Source: Cyanophora paradoxa CCMP329 | Lineage: Eukaryota; Plantae; Glaucophyta | Reading direction: 5' to 3' | Assembly (NCBI GenBank): GCA_004431415.1 | Contig: QPMI01000408.1 | Location: forward strand, 868,001-932,000 | Length of the DNA stretch: 64,000 bases | Shown: in pieces, positions 52,146 through 64,000 of the stretch | How the letters are laid out: each line of letters begins with the position of its first letter | How positions within the stretch are numbered: the first letter of the stretch is position 1 | Translations under genes and position numbers: made by a program | Notes under the pieces: generated by a model | The model's input: the letters and a program-made list of their open reading frames with translations, nothing else | Database searches by the model: none | What the model was told of the DNA's origin: nothing

Positions 52146-53897
52146 TTGCCTTCACCGGATGTATCTGAAGAGGACTATAGATTCGCCCAGAGCGTCTGGA
52201 GCGCACATAGGTGTTCCCAATCCGGTGGAATGCGAAAGTTCATGATGGAGTATTTACGATCTGATGTGACACAACTCGCTGATGTGTTTGAGAACTATCG
52301 ACAGGTGTCGCTGCAGACATACAGTCTCGACCCCGCCTACTACATGAGCAGTCCCTCCTACTTCTGGTCCGCTGCGCTGAAGCTCACAAACGTCAAGCTG
52401 GAGCTACTTCAGGAGGGGCAGGAATCGATCTACAGATTCTTCGAGCGCGGCATACGTGGTGGTATCGCGATGATTAGTCTGCGCCATGCACAAGCCAACA
52501 ACCCTTACGTTGATGGGTATGATGAATCCAAGCCGTGCACATACCTGCATTATCAAGATGCTAATTCGCTTTACGCAAATCCCATGCGAATGAAGCTACC
52601 GGTGGGAGGGTTTGCTGAGATGATTGGTGACGCTGGATTCAGTGAGGAGTCGATTCGTACGTTTGATTTCGATGCTGACACCGGGTACTCATTCGAGGTT
52701 GACCTTGACATAGATCCAAAGGATCACGATCGCTTCAACTCGTACCCGCTGGCCCCAGAGCGGATGGCTGTCGAGTCTAGATTGCTGTCGGAGAAGCAGA
52801 AGCGGATTATTCAAGACGAGAAGTTGCACCACGTGGAAAAGATTGAGAAGCTAGTCCCGAATCTGCTGAACAAAAAGAACTACATCGTTGAAGGTCGGAC
52901 TTTGCAGCTCTATGTGAACCTTGGCATGCGTGTTACTAAGATTCATCGTGTGGTCTCGTACACACAGAAGGCTTGGCTGAAGCCATACATCGACCTCTGC
53001 CTCGAGCTTCGCAAGGCAGCTACCAGCAAGTTCCAGGAGGAGTACTATAAGGAGGGAAGCAATGCTGTCTTCGGCAAAAATATTGAGAATGTAAGACATC
53101 ATATAAACGCTGAGCTTGTCACCGATCCTGCACGGCTCTCAAAGATTGCCGCAGAGCCGAAACTGGTCAGGCAGATCATACATTATCCAGGTGCAAACTT
53201 CGTGTTCGTGCAAATGCGTAAATCTGTGCAAATGCTTAACAAGCCCATCTATGGAGGGTTCGCAATCCTAGATCTATCGAAAATGCATATGTACGATTAC
53301 TTCTATAACACACTGCGGCCACTATGGGGGGATAGCGTACAGCTAATGACTACAGATACTGATTCGCATATGCTTAAGATAACCAAACCACACTCATTCG
53401 ATCTTTTCCATGACCTGCGCAATCCGATTATTTGGCCCAAGCTCGATGTGAGCAACTACCCGAACGAGCATCCTATATTCGCTGGCATGGGTATTGACGA
53501 CATCAAGCAGCATAAGGAGAACTGTCGAAAAGCGCCTGGACTCTTCAAAGACGAATACGGTGGCCGAATCTTCCTGGAGCATATCGCGAACAAGCCGAAG
53601 AGCTACTACCACGATGTCACTGATCTACCCGGCCTAGGTGAGCGCAAAAATAATGTCATAAAATGTAAAGGCGTTAAGAAAAGCCGTGCCAAACAGATCA
53701 ATAAACAGGCCTTCGTTGCATGCGTCAATGAAGGTGTGAGTCATAGCGTTGATGGGATAATGCAGCTTAGGTCGATCAAGCATAACATATACTTGCTGCG
53801 CTGCAAGAAGCAGGCGCTCCATACACTTGACACGAAACGGTATCTAATGGATGATGGTATAGAAACTCGAGCGATAGGGCACGTTCGAAATATCTGA
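52146..53897 (+). pseudogene. pPolB, 5'-truncated
   Basis: Similarity to the C polymerase starts abruptly at SEEDY; YQDANSLY, NAVFGKNIEN, TDTDS. Confidence 0.88.
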
Positions 53898-53905
53898 TCC
53901 AATTA

Positions 53906-54841
53906 ATGATGCCACAATACGTGATTACTGCGCCGCCCGGTGCGTGGCAGATAGATATCTTATTTATTGGTCAGCACCGATTATTCGCCGCAATAGAAAT
54001 TGCTAGTCGGTTCGCCGTCGTTAAAAAGCTGGACTCGTTTAAAGAAATCCCGAGGCTTATACGCGCGCTCCCGGGCATCTGGGGCTTCGAGGGTGATAAT
54101 GGTTTCAATACTAAAGCAATACGCACAATGTCTGCCGAGAATGACCTAGTTATGCATACAGACGTTGCTAAAGACGATCATATAACGAAGGGCGATAAAT
54201 TGGGTGTTATCGATCGATTTGCTAGGACACTGCGTGCACTGATTGCTAAGGACACACAGGCACGAGGCTCGCCGCATTTCTTGTCTCGACTGCCTCTCAT
54301 CATTCGTGCCTACAATTCAACTCCGCATTCGACATTTGGTGCAGTGTATGCCCCTGCTTACATGCATGAACATCAGGATATTGCTGAAAACTTTCACAGG
54401 TTGCGCAAAGAGCAGAACGACATCGAGCGAGCCGCTGCTACTACCCCCGAGGTTGGCACTCAGGTAAGAGTGCTCGAGCCGAAACCTAATGTGTTCTCGA
54501 AAGGCGTCGTTCAGCCCTCGAGAGAGATATACACTGTTTCCGGAACTGACCGCAATCGTGTTCGCTTAGTTACGAAAGACGGGGTTGAGATCACACGGCG
54601 TGTGAAACCGCAAGAGCTACGGCCTGTGGATTCGATTCCTGACGTATCTACAAAACGAATCGATGCTGCAAACAATCGGGAGAGGCAACGACGAAAGCTG
54701 CAACGTGAGGGGCTTGTTGATGTTGCTAAATATCAATCGAAATTGACTCGCGAGCTCAGGCGACTCGAGGTCGATGCGGAACCCAAGCTACGAGCAGGTG
54801 CGATAAAGACCGGCGCGGGGAGGGCACGCCTAAGATCTTGA
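53906..54841 (+). CDS. rve integrase
   Basis: WQIDIL, GDNGF, LGVIDRFARTLR, YNSTPHS. Confidence 0.9.
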   Translation: MMPQYVITAPPGAWQIDILFIGQHRLFAAIEIASRFAVVKKLDSFKEIPRLIRALPGIWGFEGDNGFNTKAIRTMSAENDLVMHTDVAKDDHITKGDKLGVIDRFARTLRALIAKDTQARGSPHFLSRLPLIIRAYNSTPHSTFGAVYAPAYMHEHQDIAENFHRLRKEQNDIERAAATTPEVGTQVRVLEPKPNVFSKGVVQPSREIYTVSGTDRNRVRLVTKDGVEITRRVKPQELRPVDSIPDVSTKRIDAANNRERQRRKLQREGLVDVAKYQSKLTRELRRLEVDAEPKLRAGAIKTGAGRARLRS

Positions 54842-55389
54842 TTGATCCTCAGACACCTCGCTGGCGCCCAACATGCGGCCAAGGTCACTTAGGAATAGCA
54901 CTCTGTATTAGCTAACGATAGAAGCTGAAGCTCATTCGGTGTAGGCGCTTCTAACTAGCTCCCTAGGCTGAAACAGAATTTCGAACTTAGGTTAGAGGTG
55001 GACACTGTGACGGGCGCCGCCGGAGAGAGCTAGGTGGTGGGGTGCGGGTATGGGGGCGTACCATGGCGATGGGGGTATCCCTATTTTTTTTACGTTCGAT
55101 GCACGCGCAAATTCACGGAGACGAGACGCCCCGTAAGCACCAGAAACACGCACGTCATTCCACTCAGGACCCTCCTAAATCGCGACACGAATTAGTATTT
55201 ACTCTTCCGAGTATACAGTATCCAGGAAATAAAGTACACGGACCAACGAAGTCACAATGGAAGCATAATGCTCGATGGTATTCTCCGCTTCAACTACCTT
55301 CTTCAACCTCGGAACCTGCGGAATGCGTGACTGAATTAGCGCGCTAAACTATAATATAGAGCTGCTCGCATACATGATAAGAAGATGAG

Positions 55390-57445
55390 CTCACATATTC
55401 GGAAATCAGGGACACAATCTGCTTCCGCCTTTTCGGCATCTCGGACAAATCCACCGTCATCTGTAAGTAAATTAAAACATGAACGCATAATAAGCACCCA
55501 TGCTCACCACAACTGGGCTCTCGTCTGAGGCGTCCGACTCGAAATACGAATCTAGTCCGCCACGGCCAACGATACGGGCATTTAAAGAGAGGTGCATGGC
55601 GCACTCCAGGCTTGTCGTTGGTTGCTTCGTAGCCTTATTCATAATTTAAATATAGAGTGCCGACCAAAAGATCACGAATAAACGGAGGAACGCACCACGA
55701 CATTCACACATTTTATGTGCAGGTTCGGAGAGAGTCGCTCACGAGGCGTCCCCGGGAGCAGGCCATCATCATTGCGCGCGGCAATGAAAAACCTGAGTAA
55801 TGTAAATAATAGAAATCAGAGCCGCGATGCCAACGACAACTAACCTGGATGCAGATGCAAAAAGAGACGAGTTATTGCGCAGTAGATCGGCGTGTCCGTC
55901 GTGACCACAAGAACAGATATGAAACAGACATGGTTCACGTCGACGATCATGATATCCTTTCCCTAAATTCCCCATATTACAAGCGAGTAGCAGGCTCCAG
56001 TGCCTGTCATTATATTAGAATACATGGTATAAAAAAACGGTATAATCAAGCCGGATACTTGAAGACGTCCTGTGAAATGGGGAAACCAAGTATGTCGGTC
56101 GAAAAAATATCGATGCCTGTCATCTGCAGCCATCTACGACTGTTGCTCCGAGCATCTCCTCGCTTGAAGCTATAGCCAGCCTGTACGGTATTACGAATAA
56201 CATAGAAACAATATAAATGCCCGGTATACCTTAAGATGGGGTGTGAATTGACTAGAAAAGAAGCAAATACTCATTGGAGACGGCGACATCGTCATTCCAC
56301 CCAACTCCCGCGACAAACAACTACCGCAGAGATTAAACTGGGTATGTGAATCCGATCAATGTATACAGTTGACGTACTGCATATCAAAATTGACGATCTC
56401 ATCGTTCACCATCTTATTCGGCTTGAGAGTAGCGAGATCCTTGATCGAGATCGTACAACTATTCACTCCTTTAACATCGTAAATAGCAAAGCCCTCCGGC
56501 AAGGAGTACCAATCTGTATGTAAAGATTACAATGCAGTACACAGGAATCCGTAAAATTCAGACGCAGGTACCTGCACAAGTCGCCCTCAGTTCACTTATC
56601 TCGTTTAAAACAATTGATCCAAACTCCACCATGAGTTCATAGTGAATCCCCATATACCCATCCGCAAGCCTTGTTAGCTCAGTCAGCTGCTCGGATAGTT
56701 GAGCTGAACACCTGGCCAACTCAGCTGGTAAATGTTTCCAGCCAAGTGAATGCAACCGTAGCACGGTAGGGCAGTGCTGCCATGCCTCCACCTTCGATTT
56801 AAACTCGGTATAAGACGACCAAAACTTCCTCGAGTGCTCATATGCATCCATCACATAGGAATGCGCTCCATCGACATCCAGAACCGGATCAGAAAGCTTC
56901 ACTTGCACGTTGACATATGCCTCCATGATAAGCACGCCCTCCGTGTTGCACGCACGATAAATGGACGACATGTCACTGTAACTCCCGAATGTCTTCCAGA
57001 TATCGTTCACATCTTGCGCACGCTCAGCAGCTCCAATTCGCAAGGAAGTTAGTTCGTGCCGGAGTAGGTCAGGTGTGATGTCCGTCCATGACGACAACGT
57101 ATCCTCGACACGTCTCCTGATCTTGTCCTTATCACCAGCTATCATCCCGAGGTAGCGTTGTCGATGAGTGGCATCTGAACCAAGTACACGTACAGGATAT
57201 GCGTTGGCTGCCCTGCCTTCAACGACGCCTACCAGGGTTTTAAAAGCCAAGTCGATTGTACTCTCGAAGGAGGCGAAGAGAGCCCGAAGATGACCCAAAT
57301 CGAGTACACGGTCAAACCGACATATACTAGTCAACTTGTCATACAGCAACTCCACAGAGTAGACCGCAGTGAGAAAGTGCGCGTGTGGAGGGGGAAACCC
57401 AGCGGTTGCCACTTTGGTTGCAGAATCTGCCCCAAATATATACAA
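55390..57445 (-). CDS. multi-exon gene with Ulp1/SENP (peptidase C48) domain; both ends uncertain
   Basis: Removing about 50-60 nt GT-AG introns by hand gives ISIKDLATLKPNKMVNDEIVNF, CFFSSQF, RRW...IDIF...FPI, HWSLLL, KQPTTSLECAM, KRRKQIVSLI; one apparent frameshift near 55728. Confidence 0.75.
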
Positions 57446-58095
57446 CTGCAGATCAACACATAAACACGCAAAGCCGACCTGCCGGAGTCGTGGGGTAGTG
57501 TGTGCGACTAGAACTGGCTTTCGAATAACACCATGCCGGAGTGCCGGCAGTCAGATCCCTGGACGCGGCGGCAGCCACTTGCATGGATGCCCGAATGCCA
57601 CTGCCAGCTGGGTCCGAATAATTAGGCGATACTGAACTGTACGATGCGTCCAAAACGCAGGAATACAGCACCCCCGCCGCACCTGAAATGCCGGGCAAGG
57701 TAGGAGATTGGGCGGCAGCGGCCGGAGACAACGTAGACGACGGGCTGGCAGTGGCCGGAGGCACGGTAGGCAAAGCGCAGGGGGTGGCAGCAGCCGAAGG
57801 CAAGGTATGCGACGGGCCGGCCACGGCCAAGACCGTCTGAATAGGCACATCGACACCAGACAACTCAGAAGGCAGGTGGTAGCCATCCCCGTCTATGAAA
57901 AGAGAGTAAATAGAAAGCAGGACCGGCCGGGAACGAAACACCAGCCTGATTCAGCCCCGTTGATCCCCTCCCCTGACAGCAGCGCTGACGACAGTTGCAC
58001 GGTAGAGTGAGCGGCACGATTAACGCAGCAGCGAGATGCAAACCATGAGTAGTGGATGGTCCATCTGTCACGTGCATCCCTGAATTCATCGGCAA

Positions 58096-59290
58096 GTGCA
58101 GGCCGCCAGCCGTGGCTGCAGACGGAAAGTTCAATGTCAGCCACCTATTGCCACGATGCGTCTGGTTCTGCCAGATCACGAGTCAGCAAACTCATCCCGC
58201 GAAACTAACCTGAGCCGGATCCGGTCGCCGTCCCGCCGATTGCAGCATCAGCCGGAGGCAATGTAAGCGACGGGGCGGCCCCGGCAAGGACCGGCGAAGT
58301 GGAAGCTCCTGCTGGCATAGCTGTATTCGATGGCAGCTGTAGTCTGCCTTCCGTGGCTGCAGACAGAAGCGTCAGTAGCAGGTACAATTGCCAGGCGCCG
58401 CGACAGGGCCCGTCATATCAAAACGCAGTCGCCACATCACCCATGCCTAACCTGACTCGCCAGACAAAGTAGGCGACAGGGCGACAGCGGCCGTAGGCAA
58501 CGTAGACGACGGGGCGGCAGCGGCTGCATGCAAGGTAGGCGAAGCGCCCGGGGCGGCAGCAGCCGGAGGCAAGGTAGGTGACGGGCCGGCCACTGCCTGG
58601 AAGTGCAGGCCGCCAGCAGTGGCTGCAGACGGAAAGGTCAGTGGCAGCCACCCATTGCCACAATGCGTCTGGTTCTGCCAGATCACGAGTCCGCAAACTC
58701 ATCCAGCGAAACTAACCTGAGCCGGATCCGGTCGCCGTCCCGCCGATTGCAGCATCATCCGGAGGCAATGGAAGCGACGGGGCGGCCCCGGCTAGAACCG
58801 GCAAAGTGGAAGCTCCTGCTGGCATAGCCGTATTCGATGGCAGCTGTAGTTCGCCTTCCGTGGCTGCAGACGGAAGCGTCAGTAGCAGGAACAATCGCCA
58901 GGCGCCGCGACAGTGCCCGTCATATCAAAACGCAGTCGCCACATCACCCAAGCCTAACCTGACTCGCCAGACAAAGTAGGCGACAGGGCGACAGCGGCCG
59001 TAGGCAACGTAGACGACGGGGCGGCAGCGGCTGCATGCAAGGTAGGCGAAGCGCCCGGGGCGTCAGCAGCCGGAGGCAAGGTAGGTGACGGGCCGGCCAC
59101 TGCCTCGAAGTGAAGGCCGCCATCCGTAGCTGCAGACGGAAAGGTCAGTGGCAGCCACCCACGCCGTGTCTAGTTCCGCCATATCAAAAGTAATGAAACT
59201 CAGCCAGCGACACTAACCTGAACCGGATCCGGTCCTCGTCGCGCAGAGTCCAGCATCAGCCGGAAGCAATGTAAGCGACGGGGCGACCCC
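58096..59290. repeat. 507-bp tandem duplication, about 2.4 copies
   Basis: GTG(C/A)AGGCCGCCA...GCTGCAGACGGAAAG at 58096, 58603 and 59110. Confidence 0.85.
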
Positions 59291-60999
59291 AGGCAACTCA
59301 TCAGGATAGTGGCGGCAATCTTCATCTGTGCACACAGTTGCACGATAGAGTAAGCGGCACAATACCCGCATCAGAAAGATACCCACCAGGCGGAGTGGAA
59401 TCCCCAGGTGGCACTGCTAAATTCGACGGCAGGTACAGTCCGCCAGCCGTGGCTGCAGACAAATGCGTCAGGGTCAGACACGCACACGGCATATGTGCCC
59501 GCCAGATCAAAGCAGGCGGGGCGTAGACACGGTAGGGCGGCGGCGGCAACAGGTCGGACGGGGTAGAAGCTCAGCCGACGGCAGTGGCGGCTTCAAGGGC
59601 GCCCCGGTGGCGCATCAGGCAGCGGCGACAGCTAGAAGGACGGGACGGAGGCGCTGCGGGGGACATTAGACCCAGCACCCAGACCTAGGCCCCTCGACAC
59701 TAGGCGACCCATCCAGAGAGTGGTAGCTAGATCCGTCGGTGTGCACAGCATTTAATACAACGGATCGTCATGGCGGCAGCAGCAGAACGCACAACCAGGA
59801 GAAGTGGACGCTCCAGCTGGCATATCTGAATACCCCGGCAGATTCGATCCACTGAGGTTACCTGCACACAGATGCGTCAGTGACAGGAAGGCAGCTGCGC
59901 TTACCCCTACGCCTACGCCTGACAGCTCAGATGACATCAGAACCAGCATGCGAAACGGACCTGCTCCGGGTCCAGACTCAGTCGCCGTAGCGCCGGGGCC
60001 AGTGGCGGCAGCACCACAACCGGTACTCCCCTCCGCTGTCAGAGACACTAATTTCAGTAACGCAGTAATAGTAGAACTAGCGGCACGACGACAGTAGCAG
60101 AAGCGGCACACCAGACGACATGGAGCCTCCAAGTGGAATCACTGGGTTCAACGGTAGCTGCAGCGGCGCCTGCAGAACACCAAACGCGGCATCAAACACA
60201 GCCGATGAGCACCATGGGGCATCGATAAGTCCAGCGGCGGATGCAGCGGCGCATGCGGACCACCAAAGGCAGCGGCCAACACGCCCTGAAGCTGCAACTG
60301 CGCGGGCGTGGGAGGCTGCGTACCGAAACGGCCGGCTACGCGACGGGAATGTCGGATGCCGGCACCGGCTGTAATCACGCGTTAGCGGCGGCCGTCGCTT
60401 CAATAGAAGATTACACGAGCTCAAGTCAGCAAGAGTACTCCGCGGCGAGCACGGACCTTCCCAAACGATGCAGTAGAAGATGAGAGCGGCCAGAGCAGCA
60501 CCTGCCTCACCTATAGCTAGACCTGCAAAGCGGTGACTCTAACGAGTCCACTCGAACGCCGTTCCTGGCCAGCGCCAGGCCGCGGGCACTAGATGCAAGT
60601 ACCACAGCCTGTGGCCAGACGATTCCAGTGTGGCGGGTGGCCCCTGTGACCAAATGAGTCCTGAACCTCACGCAAAGTGTACGGGTACATTAACCCCAGT
60701 ACACGCACGCCAACTCCAACTTCAGAGCCGAACTCCGCAGCACCCTCAGACCAACGACGAAGCGGCCAAGCATCGAGTGCCACTCCGGCTCAAATGGGCG
60801 CTCATCAGAACAACGTCGGCTTCTTCCAGATGCGACCGCAGCCCAAGACACGTGATTCATCCTGCTCCCCCAACACGGGACTCGCCGAGACAGCGGTTCA
60901 GTGAGGTGGAGGACCAGCGACGGGGCAGAGCCACGCGACGCAAGCACCAGGTGAGACGGAAACCGTGCGATTGGGATGAGCCTCGCGAAAGGCGGCGGT

Positions 61000-62455
61000 A
61001 CTCAGCGGGCAGTGCGCAGGATATGCAGACGAAGCGGAGCACCGCCGGCGCGGGAGGCGGCGTGGCTCGCCGCAGCAGACATAAGCTCGACCTACTGCAG
61101 CGGCAGCACACGGGGCGGGCCGGAAGCGCAGCAGTCGACGGTGGCATCACGCAGGGCGAGGCGGAGGCACGGCAGTCGGCGGCAGCAGCTCGCAGGGCGT
61201 AGCGGAGGCGCGGCGGGCCGCAGCGACAGCTCGCGGGGAGGGCCAAATGCGCAGCAGGCTGCGGCAGCGGCTTGCGGGGCGGACCGGAAGCGCAGCGTGG
61301 GGCGGCGGAGGCGTTGCAAGCGCTGCAACACCTCACGGGGTGGATCGGAGGCGCGGCAGGCGGCGTCGGCGACTCGACGGGCAGGCCGGCGACACGGCGA
61401 CCGGCAGTGAGCTCGAGAGTAGGAGGACCAACGACGGGGACGAGTCACGCGACGCAAGCAACAGGTAAGACGGAGTCCCGGGGATGGGGAGGAGCCTCAC
61501 GAAAGACGGCAGTACTCAGCGAGAAGGGCGCAGGATATACAGACGGCGGCGGCCCGCGGGGAGGGCCGAATGCGCGACAGGCGGCGGCGGCAACTCGCGG
61601 GGCGGGCCTGACGCGCGGCAAAGGGCGGCGGCAGTGCGTCGAGCGAGGCAGAGGTGCGGCAAGCGCTGCATCACCTCACGGGGTGGGCAGGAGACGCGGA
61701 GGGCGGCGGCAGCGACCCGCAGGCCAGACCGGAGGCAAGGCGAGCGGCGGCAACAACTCGCGGGGCGGGCCGGAGGTGCAGCGGACGGCGGCGGCAGATC
61801 CCAGGGCGGCCAGAGGCGCGGCCTGCCACGGCGGCAGCTCACGGGGCGGGCCGGAGGCCCAGCAGCCGACGGTGCCGGTCAGCAGGGCAAGTCAGAGGCA
61901 CGGCGGTCGTGATCATCACCTCGCCGGGCAGGGCCGAGGCGCGGCGGGCGGCAGCGGCGGCTCGCAGGGAGGGCCGGAAGCGCCGCAGGCCGCCGGCTGG
62001 CACTGGCCAGTTAGCGGGGCGGGCCCGGAGCGCGGCGAAGGGCTGCGGCGGCGCGTCAGGCGGGCCCATAGGCGCAGCGGTCGTCGGCAGCAGCTCACCG
62101 AGCGGGGCGAATGCACGGCCGGCGGCAGCGGCGGCTCGCGGAGAGGGCCGGATGGGCGGCAGGCGGCGGCAGCAGCTCGCGGGGCGGGCCGGAAGCGCGG
62201 CGAGGGGCGGCGGCGGCGCGTCGGACGGTGCAGAGACTCGGCAAGGGCTGCAACACATCACGGGGCGGGCCGGAGGCGCAGCGGACGGCGGCGGCAGATC
62301 CCGGGGCGGGACGAAAGCGCGGCATGGCTGGCAGGCGGAGACGGGGCGGAAGCGCTGCAGGGGGCACCGTGTCTCGCAGGGCGGGACGGAGGGGCACCGG
62401 GCGGCAGAGACGGCTCACGGGGCGGACCGGACGCGAGGCGAGCAGCAGCAGTACT
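61000..62455. repeat. degenerate G-rich repeat array
   Basis: Recurrent GCAGCTC(G/A)CGGGGCGGGCCGGA(A/G)GCGC unit; inverted relative at about 51170-51310. Confidence 0.75.
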
Positions 62456-63655
62456 AGCTTCCGACCTCCCCCGTTCAAACGCTGTATCACCAACAATATT
62501 CACGGTATACAATACATATTTAACATAGATATCTACCGATCTATATACCGAGCTGGCGCTAGATCTAGTGACAGGATAGGCGGGAGATTCACAGGGGGCT
62601 CCGGATCTAAACTGCACCCCGCCACGAGTCGGAGCTAAACTGCACCCCGCATCGACGAAGACCAGATGCCATTGAGCATCCTGAGATAGTAAGCAAAGCG
62701 GCAGAGCGCACACTTACGGCAAAGAGTAGAGATTGAAGATTCAAAGCTGACGAACGAGACGGGGGGGGGGAGTGGAGGGGGGGGGAGGGGGGGGCGGGGC
62801 GCACGGGCCGCAGAGCCGAGAGGGCACGGAGAGAGGAGGTGGCGGGCCTGGAGGCGAGGAGCTCCACGGCGATCCCAGCGTCGTCCCCCAGAGTGGCCTC
62901 AAACTGCGGCAAAGGTGTCGTACGCGTCAATCTTGAAACGGGCCGAGTAAGGCATGTCCGTCAGGAACATCAGGCACGACAGATGAGCAGAGTAGTTCCA
63001 ACTCAATGATGGACAGGAACATGCAGCGACCACGCCCAGTATTACTATCGATCGCGATATAGACTCACTGAGCCAGAGACTGGCTGCAGCTGACGTAAGG
63101 GGGGTAAGTCAACAAGACGTGTATCTTGCTCATGATCAGGTGGGCAACGTACACGAAAGCGGTAGCCGGCAATATGAACGAAGACGGCGGCCGCAGATCG
63201 CTCGACCGGGGACGCATCGCCGGCGGCTGATCATGATCGAGCACACACGTCTAGATCTGCACGATTGAGCACATGCGAGGGCGATGCCGCACGGCGGCGC
63301 GCGCCAGGAGCAGTAGCGACGGATGCGCACCAGGCGGCAGCAGCACCAAGCGGCGCGGGAGGAAGCGTAAACTTGAGGACATCCGAAGCGACACTTGCAG
63401 CGTTCCTTGTACTCTGCCATGAAACTGGCGATCCGTGCTGAACGCGCCATATGCGCGGGGAGCTGCTTTAGCGATACGCGAGCTGTGTACGCGCGAACGA
63501 GTAGGAGAGCAACACACCTAATCGTGACATCTCCAACTCCAACGTCCACGGCATCGGCACTGATTCCTTCGTAACCTCTGTCCGTAAGTGCAACTTATAG
63601 CTTTCAGCCGCAGTCCGTACCTGTATATCTGCACTTTTGGAGTATTGCAATACTT

Positions 63656-64000
63656 GGTCGACAGAATCAGTCGATCGACAGAATCAGTCGATCGACTGAT
63701 TTTGCGCCAGAATCGGTCGACCGAATCAGTCGAATTTTATCGACTGATTCTGCGCCAGAATCGGTCGACAAAATCAGTCGATCGACAGAATCAGTCGATC
63801 GACTGATTCTGCGCCAGAATCGGTCGACCGAATCAGTCGAATTTTATCGACTGATTCTGCGCCAGAATCGGTCGACAAAATCAGTCGATCGACAGAATCA
63901 GTCGATCGACTGATTCTGCGCCAGAATCGGTCGACCGAATCAGTCGAATTTTATCGACTGATTCTGCGACAGAATCGGTCGACAAAATCAGTCGATATAA
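63656..64000. repeat. 107-bp tandem repeat built of palindromes (runs to window end)
   Basis: GAATCGGTCGACCGAATCAGTCGAATTTT at 63710, 63817 and 63924. Confidence 0.9.

Larger units (their letters stand above)
52146..55091 (+). mobile_element. Polinton-like element D, right-hand fragment
   Basis: 5'-truncated pPolB, integrase, then a G-rich tract ending in T8, resembling the right end of C. Confidence 0.75.

Noticed and set aside
54862-54872. TGGCGCCCAAC as a tRNA-Lys primer-binding site
   Set aside because: No adjacent LTR; it may instead be a degenerate micro-element, but the match is too weak to call.
60630-62930. Long GC-rich ORFs up to 418 aa
   Set aside because: They are translations of a degenerate repeat array.

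Overview
This is eukaryotic (probably protist or algal) genomic DNA with GC-rich host repeats and a cluster of four endogenous Polinton/Maverick-like DNA viruses. Element A (1-2972) is a right-end fragment: pPolB, rve integrase, a DUF5710-like gene and 133-bp repeats. Element B (2973-26248) is truncated at both ends. It has a different pPolB/integrase lineage, and a 10.3-kb non-autonomous LTR element (6480-16763, identical 283-bp LTRs, CAAGG target-site duplication) sits in its integrase tail. Element C (26376-47729) is complete, with terminal inverted repeats, a CTCAT/TCTCAT target-site duplication, pPolB, integrase, packaging ATPase, NCLDV-like major capsid, two pentons, patatin and fibres. 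Element D (about 52150-55091) is a pPolB-integrase right-end fragment. B and C share a near-identical virion module but have distantly related replication modules. Comparing them reveals a family of tiny (26-58 nt) GC-rich hairpin insertions. These are presence/absence polymorphic, lie next to start or stop codons or in frame in genes, and nest inside each other; this is the most novel signal. The right part holds an intron-split Ulp1/C48 protease gene, GC-rich repeats and palindrome-rich DNA. Most frameshifts are single-base homopolymer deletions that differ between B and C, so they are probably sequencing errors. All family assignments come from motif recognition by eye; no searches were run.
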